The position numbers and the translations under genes were made by a program. The notes beneath the pieces were generated by a model. The model did no database searches, was not told the origin of the DNA, and saw nothing but the letters and a program-made list of their open reading frames with translations. A DNA stretch of 42,079 nucleotides, taken from a virus. The stretch's first letter is position 1. Each line of letters starts with the position of its first letter. Shown piece by piece: positions 6,533-14,903 of this stretch. The DNA lies in IMG/VR virus record IMGVR_UViG_3300031616_000014, positions 1 to 42,079 of that record. One strand, written 5' to 3'.

Positions 6533-8883
6533 GGCACCACGCCCTGATCAGTCCGAAGCGTCATCGTGAACTGCGGAAGTGTCCATCCTGTGGGGAAGGA
6601 TGAGCCGAACACACTCGGAGTTACACCGAGATACAGCCACGCGGTGCTAGGCGGATAACCACCAACTCCGCCTGATGGTGCTGAGATTGTGTCACCAGAA
6701 CAGACACCAGGTGATCCGTTACATGTCACACCGCTCGGCGTAATGACGCGCGTTCCAGCCTGCTTCAGATTGATCGTGGGAAACCAATCGAACACAGTCC
6801 ACGTCGCCTGATCCATCATGTTGTTGTGGAATTGGCCGGTCGGATTCAGTACGAGCGAACCTGAGCCAGTCGCTGCTACCATCACATCTACCGTCAGACT
6901 GACGATCTTCCCCATGCCCGCGATCGTCCCAGCATTGGACGTGTTGACTGTCGGAGCGTAGCTGCGATAGCCGAACTGCCCCAGCGGGGCGAGCGCAGTG
7001 GCTCCGTTTTGAATGTTGACGCCTATAACCTCCGGTGAGCCGGTACAGGCGTCGCAAGTAAATTGAGGAGCTGGATGCACTCGCCACACCGGCGAATATC
7101 CGGCTATCCCCGGAAAGCCACCTGCTTGGTTCGTTTGTGTGTAGACGTTTGTTGGGTCTTGTGTCTGCGCCAACGTCTGCAACAGGCCCACTGATGTGAA
7201 ACCAGCAGTAGCTAGATAGACGTTCCCACCTGGGACGAATATGCGATGAGGCGGTCCATTGGCGACCACGTTATCCGTATTGGCTACCGTGATGACGCCA
7301 CCGCTCATTGTATAGGTGCTGCCCGCGAAATTCTGGGACAGGCCACCCGTTTGCTGGAAATCGGTCACATCGCAGCGGGTGCAAACCAATGGCCCAGTTG
7401 AAGCGCCATTGGTCCATGCGCCCGGGCGAAACAAGTCGAAGTGTGTGTCTGTGATCTGCGAGTTTTTCGCGGTCCCAAATGCGCCGCCGATGTTTGAGTT
7501 CTTCAGGATGAGATTGTCAACCGACGAACTCTGGAAGTCCATCCGTCGCATGACACCCCCGACACCGTTGCCGGTTAGGCCGTCGATGTCTAACGTCGTG
7601 ATTAGCTTATCAACTTCCCAGCCTGGGGAGGCGTTGATATTCAAAGCTGAGTTTCTGATTGTGAATGTTTCGCCGCCAGAGGGCACCGTCCCGTTGGGGC
7701 TGTTCCACGTCACGTTGCGGAACGTAGCATTGCGGATTTTAGCATAAGTTTGACCACTGTCGGAGATCGTAAGACCGCGATATTCGACTGTGGCGTTCCA
7801 AAATGGATGAAGGGCGTAGATCGTTGCTGGGCCGCCTTGATCCAATTGGCCTACACCACCGGCAAAGTATTCCGGCCAAGTATCGAGCAAGGTACTGGTC
7901 AGTGGCTTGTCAAACGTGATGGTGGCTGTTCCCGGGCATCCAACAGTATTATTGCAGACGGCTGTAACGACAGCGTAGGTGAAGAACTGATGGTTGGACG
8001 GGACGCCATAGTTCTGATTGTACCCGGACTGGATGTCCATGCCGGAAATCATCACTGGCGTGCCCGTGGTGAAGCGGCTGATATATCCAGCAGCAAACGA
8101 CGCTGCAGTAAGCGTGACAGTGGTTGCACCTATCGATGCGGATTGGATGCGAGCGGATCGCCCTAGTGGTGCCGTTAGCCCTTGCTCCAATTGAGCCAGC
8201 GCCCCCCAATTTATGGCGGACCCGCCGACGCTATCTATCGTAGCCCCGGTACCCTCAACAATGAGGTTATTGATGCCCGCAAAAAGATATCCCCCAAAGT
8301 TTAACCCCCCGATTGGTTGCGTAATTTGCTGATTGGTTCCGACCCAGCAAACGCTTCCATTCGGGACGGTCAGAACAACCTGATTAGCCCCCTGATTGGC
8401 TTGCGCCCATGTATTGAACGCCTTAAATGCGGGAGCATCGTCACTTCCGTAGGTGATGGATTTTGATACTGACGTGACTTGCGTGCCCATAGTAGGCGTC
8501 ACTACCACCACCTGCTGGCCGCCGCCAAAGGCGCCAACTGAAACGATCGTGCCTGTGTAATCGCCGCCGCCGTTGCCAACACCCGGAATTGCGATGGCCT
8601 TGCCAACGTCACCAGGGCTGGTGAACTGATTGGAGAATACGGTCAAGTTTCCGCTGAACGGCGGTGGCGTGCTGATAGTCAGCGTTACTGTTTGCTTGTC
8701 TCCGTTACATGTAGCAGCCGGACTGGCACAAGGGCCAGAGGCAGAGGCAACTCCCGTAACGATGTTGCAGGCGAGTTGCGGAGTAGCAGTAAGCGCTGTC
8801 TGGAATATAGCAAATGCTGCATAACACGCGCTCGCTGAAACCATCAGCCCAGCAAGCGCAATAATCCACTTCCGCATTTTCAT
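6529..8883 (-). CDS. Exported beta-helix protein, tailspike/depolymerase-like (784 aa) with a Sec signal peptide
   Basis: N-terminus MKMRKWIIALAGLMVSASACYA/AF (n-h-c regions, AxA-type site). ITYGSDDAPAFKAFNTWAQAN resembles the N-cap of pectate-lyase-fold tailspikes. The remainder is long and rich in G, T, N and S. The ATG overlaps the upstream stop (ATGA). Confidence 0.6.
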   Translation of the reverse strand: MKMRKWIIALAGLMVSASACYAAFAIFQTALTATPQLACNIVTGVASASGPCASPAATCNGDKQTVTLTISTPPPFSGNLTVFSNQFTSPGDVGKAIAIPGVGNGGGDYTGTIVSVGAFGGGQQVVVVTPTMGTQVTSVSKSITYGSDDAPAFKAFNTWAQANQGANQVVLTVPNGSVCWVGTNQQITQPIGGLNFGGYLFAGINNLIVEGTGATIDSVGGSAINWGALAQLEQGLTAPLGRSARIQSASIGATTVTLTAASFAAGYISRFTTGTPVMISGMDIQSGYNQNYGVPSNHQFFTYAVVTAVCNNTVGCPGTATITFDKPLTSTLLDTWPEYFAGGVGQLDQGGPATIYALHPFWNATVEYRGLTISDSGQTYAKIRNATFRNVTWNSPNGTVPSGGETFTIRNSALNINASPGWEVDKLITTLDIDGLTGNGVGGVMRRMDFQSSSVDNLILKNSNIGGAFGTAKNSQITDTHFDLFRPGAWTNGASTGPLVCTRCDVTDFQQTGGLSQNFAGSTYTMSGGVITVANTDNVVANGPPHRIFVPGGNVYLATAGFTSVGLLQTLAQTQDPTNVYTQTNQAGGFPGIAGYSPVWRVHPAPQFTCDACTGSPEVIGVNIQNGATALAPLGQFGYRSYAPTVNTSNAGTIAGMGKIVSLTVDVMVAATGSGSLVLNPTGQFHNNMMDQATWTVFDWFPTINLKQAGTRVITPSGVTCNGSPGVCSGDTISAPSGGVGGYPPSTAWLYLGVTPSVFGSSFPTGWTLPQFTMTLRTDQGVVP

Positions 8884-9827
8884 CCACCGATGATCCGGCC
8901 GCCCGCGCCGCCGCCGGAAGGCAGAGAAATCGTAATGCCGGTGGCCTGACCTACATTCATAGAATTTGTCGCCGCGAACGTACCAGCACCCGTAAAGGCC
9001 AAGCCAGAAATGGCACAGTAATCAGCCGTGAAGTTATTTCCTGAAGATATGGTTGCTTGGCCATTGGACGGGTTGTTGTTCGTGAGTAGGCACTGATTAG
9101 TTGAATTGGCCGAGATGTTGCTCAGTGTGGTGATGGTCGTCGTAATACCTTGTTGGAATTGAACGCGGTTTGGGCCTGTGATTGTTAGCGTGTTGATCCC
9201 AATAGCTGTGGCCCCTGACAACTGAAAGAACCTGTCAACGCTGCTATTAACCGTGATGTTGTTGTAGGTTTTGGATGTCCCTGCACGAAACTCTCTCTGC
9301 CCCGATGCTGTACCAGTAAAGGCAACCGTGGAGCCATTGGCGTTGAGCGTGAAGTTGGTCGACCCGGCTGCAGTCCAAATAGCGGTAGCACCGGAGAGCG
9401 TCCAAGTGCCATTGCCCATATTCAGAGTTCGGTTGCCGGCGCCAGTGCTGATGAAAGCAGTTGTGGAAGAGGAAAGCGTGACGTTGTTGTTGTTGGTTGC
9501 AAAGTCCAGCGTGCTCGGACCCGTAAAAGCACTCATATCGAGCGAGATAATTGCAACAGTAGTGTTAACCGTGACTGTGCCAGTGCCAGATGACGCATCG
9601 AACGTGGCGGAGTCACCAGTCGAAGGTGAACCTCCGGTACCACCCCCCGCACATGTGGTGCCGCCACCCGACGCTGAGGCCCATTTTATGCCGCCAGCGC
9701 CACCGCCGCCGGTGTTGGTGCCATCCCAAGAGGCTGTACCACCGACCCAAAAACACGTCACAGCATACGCAGCATTCGGCGCCAAGAATGCGAGCGCGAG
9801 AAGGAAAAGGCCGAAGAGTTTGTTCAT
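8880..9827 (-). CDS. Exported beta-helix-like repeat protein (315 aa) with a Sec signal peptide
   Basis: MNKLFGLFLLALAFLAPNAAYA/VT. The mature start CFWVGGTASWDG...GDSATFDASSGTGTVTV resembles the opening of autotransporter-associated beta-strand repeat proteins. Rich in T, N, G and S. Confidence 0.6.
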   Translation of the reverse strand: MNKLFGLFLLALAFLAPNAAYAVTCFWVGGTASWDGTNTGGGGAGGIKWASASGGGTTCAGGGTGGSPSTGDSATFDASSGTGTVTVNTTVAIISLDMSAFTGPSTLDFATNNNNVTLSSSTTAFISTGAGNRTLNMGNGTWTLSGATAIWTAAGSTNFTLNANGSTVAFTGTASGQREFRAGTSKTYNNITVNSSVDRFFQLSGATAIGINTLTITGPNRVQFQQGITTTITTLSNISANSTNQCLLTNNNPSNGQATISSGNNFTADYCAISGLAFTGAGTFAATNSMNVGQATGITISLPSGGGAGGRIIGG

Positions 9828-9831
9828 GGGA

Positions 9832-10728
9832 TCACCGCGTCACGTAGGTGATGGAGCCGGTGAGCTGCGTCGCGGCGGATTGCGCGATGCAGAGGTCGTT
9901 GGCGTTGGTTGCGGTTTGGAGAACCTGGAATCCGCCGCTGCCTCTCGAAATGCCTCCATTTGCCGCAAAATTGTATCCGGTCGCGGCCGTAGCTACTGAG
10001 GTGCCCGCGCCCACGACTGCAACTGCGCTGGTTGCACAGGTCGTGCCGGTCGTTGCTTCAAACACGGCAACGCTATCGGCAGCATTATTCGTCAACTCGT
10101 ATGCGCAGACGTAGATTTTTTTGGCTGAGACGCCAGTCACAATGACCTTTACCGCAGCCGTCGCAAGGGTGATCGGGACCGTTGTTTTGACCGATGTTTG
10201 ACAAGGATCTCCGGCCAGCCCCAGCATGTTGGTGCCGCCCGACGCATCAAGCACACCTGCATATGTAGCATTCGCCGGAACGGCCGCGCCTGTCGCGCCA
10301 TGGCCCCATAGGGCGTTAGCGGTCTGGTTAGAAGCAATGACAATCGGCGAACTATTGGCCATTGTAGCTTGGCCTGCCGCTAGCGTGTTCGTCACGAAGG
10401 CATTGACGCCGGGAACGTTCACCGCACCGGGCGAAGTGCCGTAGGCTGCCATTGCACCAAGGGTGCCACCGGCCCAAGAGGTGAAGCCGTTGATCTGAGC
10501 GGCGAAAGTGCCGTTACCAATGACTGTAATTCGGCCGGAAGCATCCACAGCCAAACACTGCGCCACAGTCGTATTGTCGCAAAGTATGTGGCGCGGGTAG
10601 TAAACGCTAGTTGCGTCCTTTGCACCGAAGACAAGACCGCTGCCTGCCGTAGCGCCGTAGTTGTCAGCCGCCGATGCTTGTGAGGCAAGCCCGGCAAGAA
10701 TTGCGATCGAAAGGAATATCTTGCGCAT
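9832..10728 (-). CDS. Exported protein (298 aa) with a Sec signal peptide
   Basis: MRKIFLSIAILAGLASQASA/AD. RBS GAGG 8 nt upstream. Mature part rich in A, T and G. Confidence 0.6.
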   Translation of the reverse strand: MRKIFLSIAILAGLASQASAADNYGATAGSGLVFGAKDATSVYYPRHILCDNTTVAQCLAVDASGRITVIGNGTFAAQINGFTSWAGGTLGAMAAYGTSPGAVNVPGVNAFVTNTLAAGQATMANSSPIVIASNQTANALWGHGATGAAVPANATYAGVLDASGGTNMLGLAGDPCQTSVKTTVPITLATAAVKVIVTGVSAKKIYVCAYELTNNAADSVAVFEATTGTTCATSAVAVVGAGTSVATAATGYNFAANGGISRGSGGFQVLQTATNANDLCIAQSAATQLTGSITYVTR

Positions 10729-10732
10729 GGTA

Positions 10733-10939
10733 TTACCTCAGCATGGGCATCACACAGCCCGTTGAAAGATCGATGGTGCCGTCACAGCCGGCGGGTGGTG
10801 AGGGAGCAGTGCCGCAAATGGCCGGGCCAGTCAGAACGGTGAGACCCCAGCCCTGACAGGCGTATCCAGTCAGGCCCGCCGCCCTCGCAGCGCCACCCAG
10901 CGCCAGCATTGCAAGCAGAAAGAGCAGCGCGCGTTTCAT
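10733..10939 (-). CDS. Small exported Cys-containing protein (68 aa)
   Basis: Internal ATG of the track ORF 10733-11254. MKRALLFLLAMLALGGAARA/AG. The mature part of about 48 aa has 4 Cys. The ATG overlaps the upstream stop (ATGA 10936-10939). Confidence 0.5.
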   Translation of the reverse strand: MKRALLFLLAMLALGGAARAAGLTGYACQGWGLTVLTGPAICGTAPSPPAGCDGTIDLSTGCVMPMLR

Positions 10940-11295
10940 GGCTTCGCTGTCCCTATGACTGCTTTCAATGTGGATGTGGTGGCCGGCGTGATACCTGCCA
11001 GATACCAAGTCGAGCCAATGCCGGGCTGCTGAAGCACGATGAAGCCGCCGCCGGGAATGTAATAGCTGGAGGTCGTGGCCGTGATGGAAGAGGAAGATCC
11101 GATATTGTAATAGGCTTCCTGCGACGTGATATTGTATAAGATCACAACAGGTCCGCAGGACGGCAACACCACGTTGGCCGTGCTGGTCGTCAAAGCCCGC
11201 GAGACCTGTCCGCAGGGCGTCAACCCTGCATATTGGGCGTTGGCCCCGCCACACAAGGCGAAAAGAATCGCCAGTGAGCCAAATAGTCTAAGCAT
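10936..11295 (-). CDS. Exported protein (119 aa) with a Sec signal peptide
   Basis: MLRLFGSLAILFALCGGANA/QY. The start lies inside the portal's last codons (8-nt overlap ATGCTTAG). Confidence 0.55.
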   Translation of the reverse strand: MLRLFGSLAILFALCGGANAQYAGLTPCGQVSRALTTSTANVVLPSCGPVVILYNITSQEAYYNIGSSSSITATTSSYYIPGGGFIVLQQPGIGSTWYLAGITPATTSTLKAVIGTAKP

Positions 11296-13627
11296 GGGAT
11301 GCTCCGTTCGGTTTTGATGCTTGGGTCATTTTCTGCTTGTGCTGGAGTTCTCCTAACTCCATTGCACGAGCATGTTCCTTCTCTGACCGCTCCATCTCCC
11401 GTTGGTGCTTCAGGGTCTCGAAATGGTCCTGACGTTGCTGGCGTTCAGCTTCAAGGCGGTTCTTTTCCACCTCGGCCCCTGCGCTGATTTCGGCAATCCG
11501 GATTTCCATTTCCTTCATCTTCACGTCCATCTGCTTTATTTGCATGTTGGCCGCATTGTTCGCCTGCTCGCCCTCGTTCTCGATCCGCTGCCGCTCGACT
11601 TCCGGATCAACTTTGTTCTGCGGATTGGCCGCTTTTTCCTTGGCGTCGAGTTCGGCCTTCTCGCAAAAATCTTCAATCGCTGATTCAAGATCACGACCAA
11701 CGCGGAAGCCACGGACGGCAAATTGAAGCATTTTAGCAGCGAGCGGTGCAAACTCAGGGACCATCTGAGTTGTCTGGGCTGCAACCTCGATAAATTTCGT
11801 AACCTGACCAACAAATTCTGTTCGTGCAGCCTTCTCTTGCTCCATGTCGCCTTGGACAGTGGAGTCGGTTTCGATATCAATTCGAAATCCTCTGAGCTTG
11901 TCCTGACGCAGAAGGCCGATGGCCTCCATGATCATCGCGAGCTTGCGCTGCTGCTTCTGCTCTGGGGTTTCTTCCGGAGGCGGCCCCGGCTGCGGGAAGG
12001 GCATCGCCGCAGCCGGGGGCATCGCACCAGGAGCAGGCGGGGCTGGAGGCGTACCCGCGTCCGGCGCAATCGGAGGACCGGGAGGTGCCGGCATCATGGG
12101 AGGCCCGCCGTTGTGGCCCATCATGGGAGGCGGTCCATGGGGCGGCGGAGGTAGGGCCGGCGGATCGAGCCCTTCGTCATTCATCGCGCCCGAGACCTGG
12201 ATCAGCGTTTCAGCCCGGTATTGCTCGGAAATGATCTCGCCCATGATGGCGATGATGTCCCGGCAGAACCGTGCGATGTCGTCCTGCCGTTCCTGAATGC
12301 GGGTCGCTGAATTGTTCGTCTTGAGCCGCTGCGCGCCCATCGTTTCGCGGGCGTCAGACGTGCCGCGCATGATATCGGAAATGCCGGTGGTCCGGTCCAG
12401 ATCCGCGATGATCTGCTGACGAACTTCGATCAGGGTTTGCAGGACTTTCGCCACCATCTCGATCGGAACCCAATCGATGGCGCCCTTCAGTCCACCCTTC
12501 TCCGCAAAGACTGCCCAGCTATCAACCGGGATCAGGTTGGGCTCTTGGGCCTCTTCGAACACCCGCTTGAGGGCCTGCGCTCCGGCATCATAAACGCCGA
12601 TAACCTTGCAGGCGCCGGTCAGGACATCGATGCGCTTGGTGAGGTCGTCGATCTGCGCGTATTGGTCCTGGCTCTCGGCATAGTCCGGAACCGGGATCGT
12701 CGTGTCATTCGTCATGGTCGCATTGAGCGGACACGGACACGGGAAGAAGCCATCCAGCTTCAGGGGGTCGTCAGCCTCCTTGCAAAGCCCGTCATAGGAC
12801 TTGGCGAAGAAGTAGACCTTCCGCTCGGGCTTCCACCAAATCTCGTAGATGGTCGCCTGCATCCCATCCTTGCCGGTTACGGTGGATGAGGAGTTGTTCG
12901 ATGCCTTGGATGCGTCCTTGTCGTCACCGGGCTTGTGGTCAAGCTCGATCTTCTTTCCGATCTCTTCCCCGAAATATTCGATGCAATCGGAACGGCTCAT
13001 ATAGAGCTTGCGGCCCTTGCCCTCGATCTCGTCCTCGGTTCGGGCATAGGCCGGGAAAGTGTAGTAGTCCTGCCAGTGCAGGTAATCGACACAAACGCTC
13101 TCCCTTAGCAGTTCGTGCTCGGCTTCTTCTTCCGGCTCGGTGTCGTCAGGGACCGGATTATCCGACCCGGCAAGGTCAATGTCGTTATCACCAGACTGAG
13201 GAGGCGATATTGGTTCTCCGAAAAGGGGATAGTATCGTATCCAAACTTGTCCTCTTCCGACCAGGAGGTAGTCGTTTCGGGCGCGTCTGACCGCGCTGTC
13301 GAACCCGGCCATCTGAACTTCATAACGAAGATTCCTCTCAAGGATGGTCGATGCCATCCGCCCGGTAACGTCCTTGTCGAGAAAGCGCCGCTCGCAGATC
13401 GGAACGGGTGTCTTGGAATACAGGGCCGGTTTCAGGGTTTCGGTATTGGCCCAGAACAGGTTGAGCCGGCGTGCCACGCCCACCGAATTGTCGTCCCGCT
13501 CATCGCGGTAATGACGCAGGATTTTCTCACCGCGCTTGTGCCACTTGTTGTTCTCTTTGTCGCATTGCTCCACCTGGCTCTTCCAATGAGCCGCGAGCTT
13601 TTGACCTTCGGATTGCGGTTCAGCCAT
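11288..13627 (-). CDS. Portal protein with a C-terminal coiled coil and an internal Pro-rich insert
   Basis: LNLFWANTETLKPALYSKTPVPICERRF and the following W/Y-rich core match the N-terminal pattern of podovirus portals. The long charged C-terminal helix (QRIENEGEQANNAANMQIKQMDVKMKEMEIRIAEI...) is P22-barrel-like. The track start is TTG 13654; I prefer ATG 13627. Confidence 0.75.
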   Translation of the reverse strand: MAEPQSEGQKLAAHWKSQVEQCDKENNKWHKRGEKILRHYRDERDDNSVGVARRLNLFWANTETLKPALYSKTPVPICERRFLDKDVTGRMASTILERNLRYEVQMAGFDSAVRRARNDYLLVGRGQVWIRYYPLFGEPISPPQSGDNDIDLAGSDNPVPDDTEPEEEAEHELLRESVCVDYLHWQDYYTFPAYARTEDEIEGKGRKLYMSRSDCIEYFGEEIGKKIELDHKPGDDKDASKASNNSSSTVTGKDGMQATIYEIWWKPERKVYFFAKSYDGLCKEADDPLKLDGFFPCPCPLNATMTNDTTIPVPDYAESQDQYAQIDDLTKRIDVLTGACKVIGVYDAGAQALKRVFEEAQEPNLIPVDSWAVFAEKGGLKGAIDWVPIEMVAKVLQTLIEVRQQIIADLDRTTGISDIMRGTSDARETMGAQRLKTNNSATRIQERQDDIARFCRDIIAIMGEIISEQYRAETLIQVSGAMNDEGLDPPALPPPPHGPPPMMGHNGGPPMMPAPPGPPIAPDAGTPPAPPAPGAMPPAAAMPFPQPGPPPEETPEQKQQRKLAMIMEAIGLLRQDKLRGFRIDIETDSTVQGDMEQEKAARTEFVGQVTKFIEVAAQTTQMVPEFAPLAAKMLQFAVRGFRVGRDLESAIEDFCEKAELDAKEKAANPQNKVDPEVERQRIENEGEQANNAANMQIKQMDVKMKEMEIRIAEISAGAEVEKNRLEAERQQRQDHFETLKHQREMERSEKEHARAMELGELQHKQKMTQASKPNGASHA

Positions 13628-13733
13628 TCGCCAGTCTAGCCATGTATAGCCCAAATGATTTGGGGCGAATTATACGCAACTCTACTAGCGCTAAGCAGTA
13701 TTCTCCCGACTTATACAGAAGTAGCCAAAGCTT

Positions 13734-13850
13734 TCATTTCCGGCGGTCTTTCCGCCATTCCAACCATTCCTGAACGGCCGCCCCAATTGAGAGAATTGCC
13801 AGTGCGACCATGAGACCCGCGAGCCAATAGAGCCACCAAAGGTTGCTCAC
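13734..13850 (-). CDS. Tiny membrane protein (38 aa)
   Basis: Hand-translated from a GTG overlapping the upstream stop (GTGA): VSNLWWLYWLAGLMVALAILSIGAAVQEWLEWRKDRRK. One TM helix and a basic tail. Confidence 0.3.
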   Translation of the reverse strand: MSNLWWLYWLAGLMVALAILSIGAAVQEWLEWRKDRRK

Positions 13851-14149
13851 GAGTACTCGCCGTCTACGCCCTTGCGATAGCCCGTGATGAAGCCTTCCCC
13901 ACGCCGCATGTCGGAGATATCTCTTTGCGCCGTGGTGAGCATCTTGACGTGGTTGGTGACGCGCTCCTCAAGGATGCTGACGCGCTTGTCGTGATCTGCG
14001 GCCGTATCGATCTTCTTCTCAACCGCTTCAAGGCGCTGGGCAAGAAGATCAATGCGCCCGCCAATCCGAGTGAAAGCGCCCACAAATCCGATAAGCAGAA
14101 CGACGGCATTTAGGATCGCCCCGTAAGTTATCTCAGGGTTGAATGTCAC
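13847..14149 (-). CDS. Membrane-anchored coiled-coil protein (100 aa), lysis-cassette associated
   Basis: GTG start. TM helix AILNAVVLLIGFVGAF followed by a heptad-like region LAQRLEAVEKKIDTAADHDKRVSILEERV. It sits directly after the spanins. Confidence 0.5.
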   Translation of the reverse strand: MTFNPEITYGAILNAVVLLIGFVGAFTRIGGRIDLLAQRLEAVEKKIDTAADHDKRVSILEERVTNHVKMLTTAQRDISDMRRGEGFITGYRKGVDGEYS

Positions 14150-14216
14150 AACGTCCGGATCTCCTAGCTACCGCCGAGGCTAGGCCCACCCTAGCTCCTT
14201 TAAGTACACCTCACAT

Positions 14217-14489
14217 TTATTGGGCCTTCTCAATGGCGCGACATGCGTCTCGGAATTGCCCATAATCAGTCACCATTTCCTGCACCGCTGATCCTGACTT
14301 CGGCAGCTCCTTTGCTGCCTGCTTCTGGAAGTCCGCCGTGTAACTCCGCAGCGGCGGGCATCGCGATCTAAAAATTACCGTCTGACAGCCTTCGAGTGGT
14401 GTCATCAACAGTGCGACGCTCAGCAAGGACACTGCCGGCGCGGCTCTGAGCGTCGATTTCCTCGCGCTGTGACTCCTTGATAACTTCAT
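14217..14489 (-). CDS. Outer-membrane spanin (o-spanin) lipoprotein candidate
   Basis: It starts inside the i-spanin gene in another frame (overlapped architecture). Signal AAPAVSLLSVALLMTPLEG/C has a lipobox-like LEGC. Confidence 0.5.
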   Translation of the reverse strand: MKLSRSHSARKSTLRAAPAVSLLSVALLMTPLEGCQTVIFRSRCPPLRSYTADFQKQAAKELPKSGSAVQEMVTDYGQFRDACRAIEKAQ

Positions 14490-14613
14490 CTCGACCTCGC
14501 TGCTCAGCAGCTTTCGTCACGTCTCGCACAGCAAGGCGTATCAGGCCGAAGATGCCAGCCACGATGGCTGACGCAACAGCGGCCACGATACCCCATGTCT
14601 GTATGGTGCTCAC
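14368..14613 (-). CDS. Inner-membrane spanin (i-spanin, Rz-like)
   Basis: N-terminal TM WGIVAAVASAIVAGIFGLI followed by a charged helical periplasmic part. Positioned after the holin. Confidence 0.6.
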   Translation of the reverse strand: MSTIQTWGIVAAVASAIVAGIFGLIRLAVRDVTKAAEQRGRDEVIKESQREEIDAQSRAGSVLAERRTVDDTTRRLSDGNF

Positions 14614-14903
14614 TGTGGGGCAGTTACGCTCGGAATGCCCGCAGCAACAGCCGCCTGCTTCGGAACAACGGTGATGCCGTTACCAGCCGTCTCCACGATG
14701 GATTGCGCTTTGGCAGTCTGCGAGTTCACGGCGGACTGGAACAGGACCGAAACCGCTGCATATAGCGTGGCAGCGATGCCAGCCGCATCACCCTTGAGCC
14801 AACCGGCGCCAACGGCGTACATCACCCCAGCGAGAATCCCCTTTTCGATGAGACCTCCGATGGGGCCGGCAAACGTATTGAGGATCGTTAGAATAGCCTT
14901 CAT
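14610..14903 (-). CDS. Holin candidate
   Basis: ATG 14903 is an internal Met of the track ORF and overlaps the endolysin stop. 97 aa with 2-3 hydrophobic helices (GILAGVMYAVGAGWL, AAGIAATLYAAVSVLF). Lies between endolysin and spanins. Confidence 0.55.
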   Translation of the reverse strand: MKAILTILNTFAGPIGGLIEKGILAGVMYAVGAGWLKGDAAGIAATLYAAVSVLFQSAVNSQTAKAQSIVETAGNGITVVPKQAAVAAGIPSVTAPQ

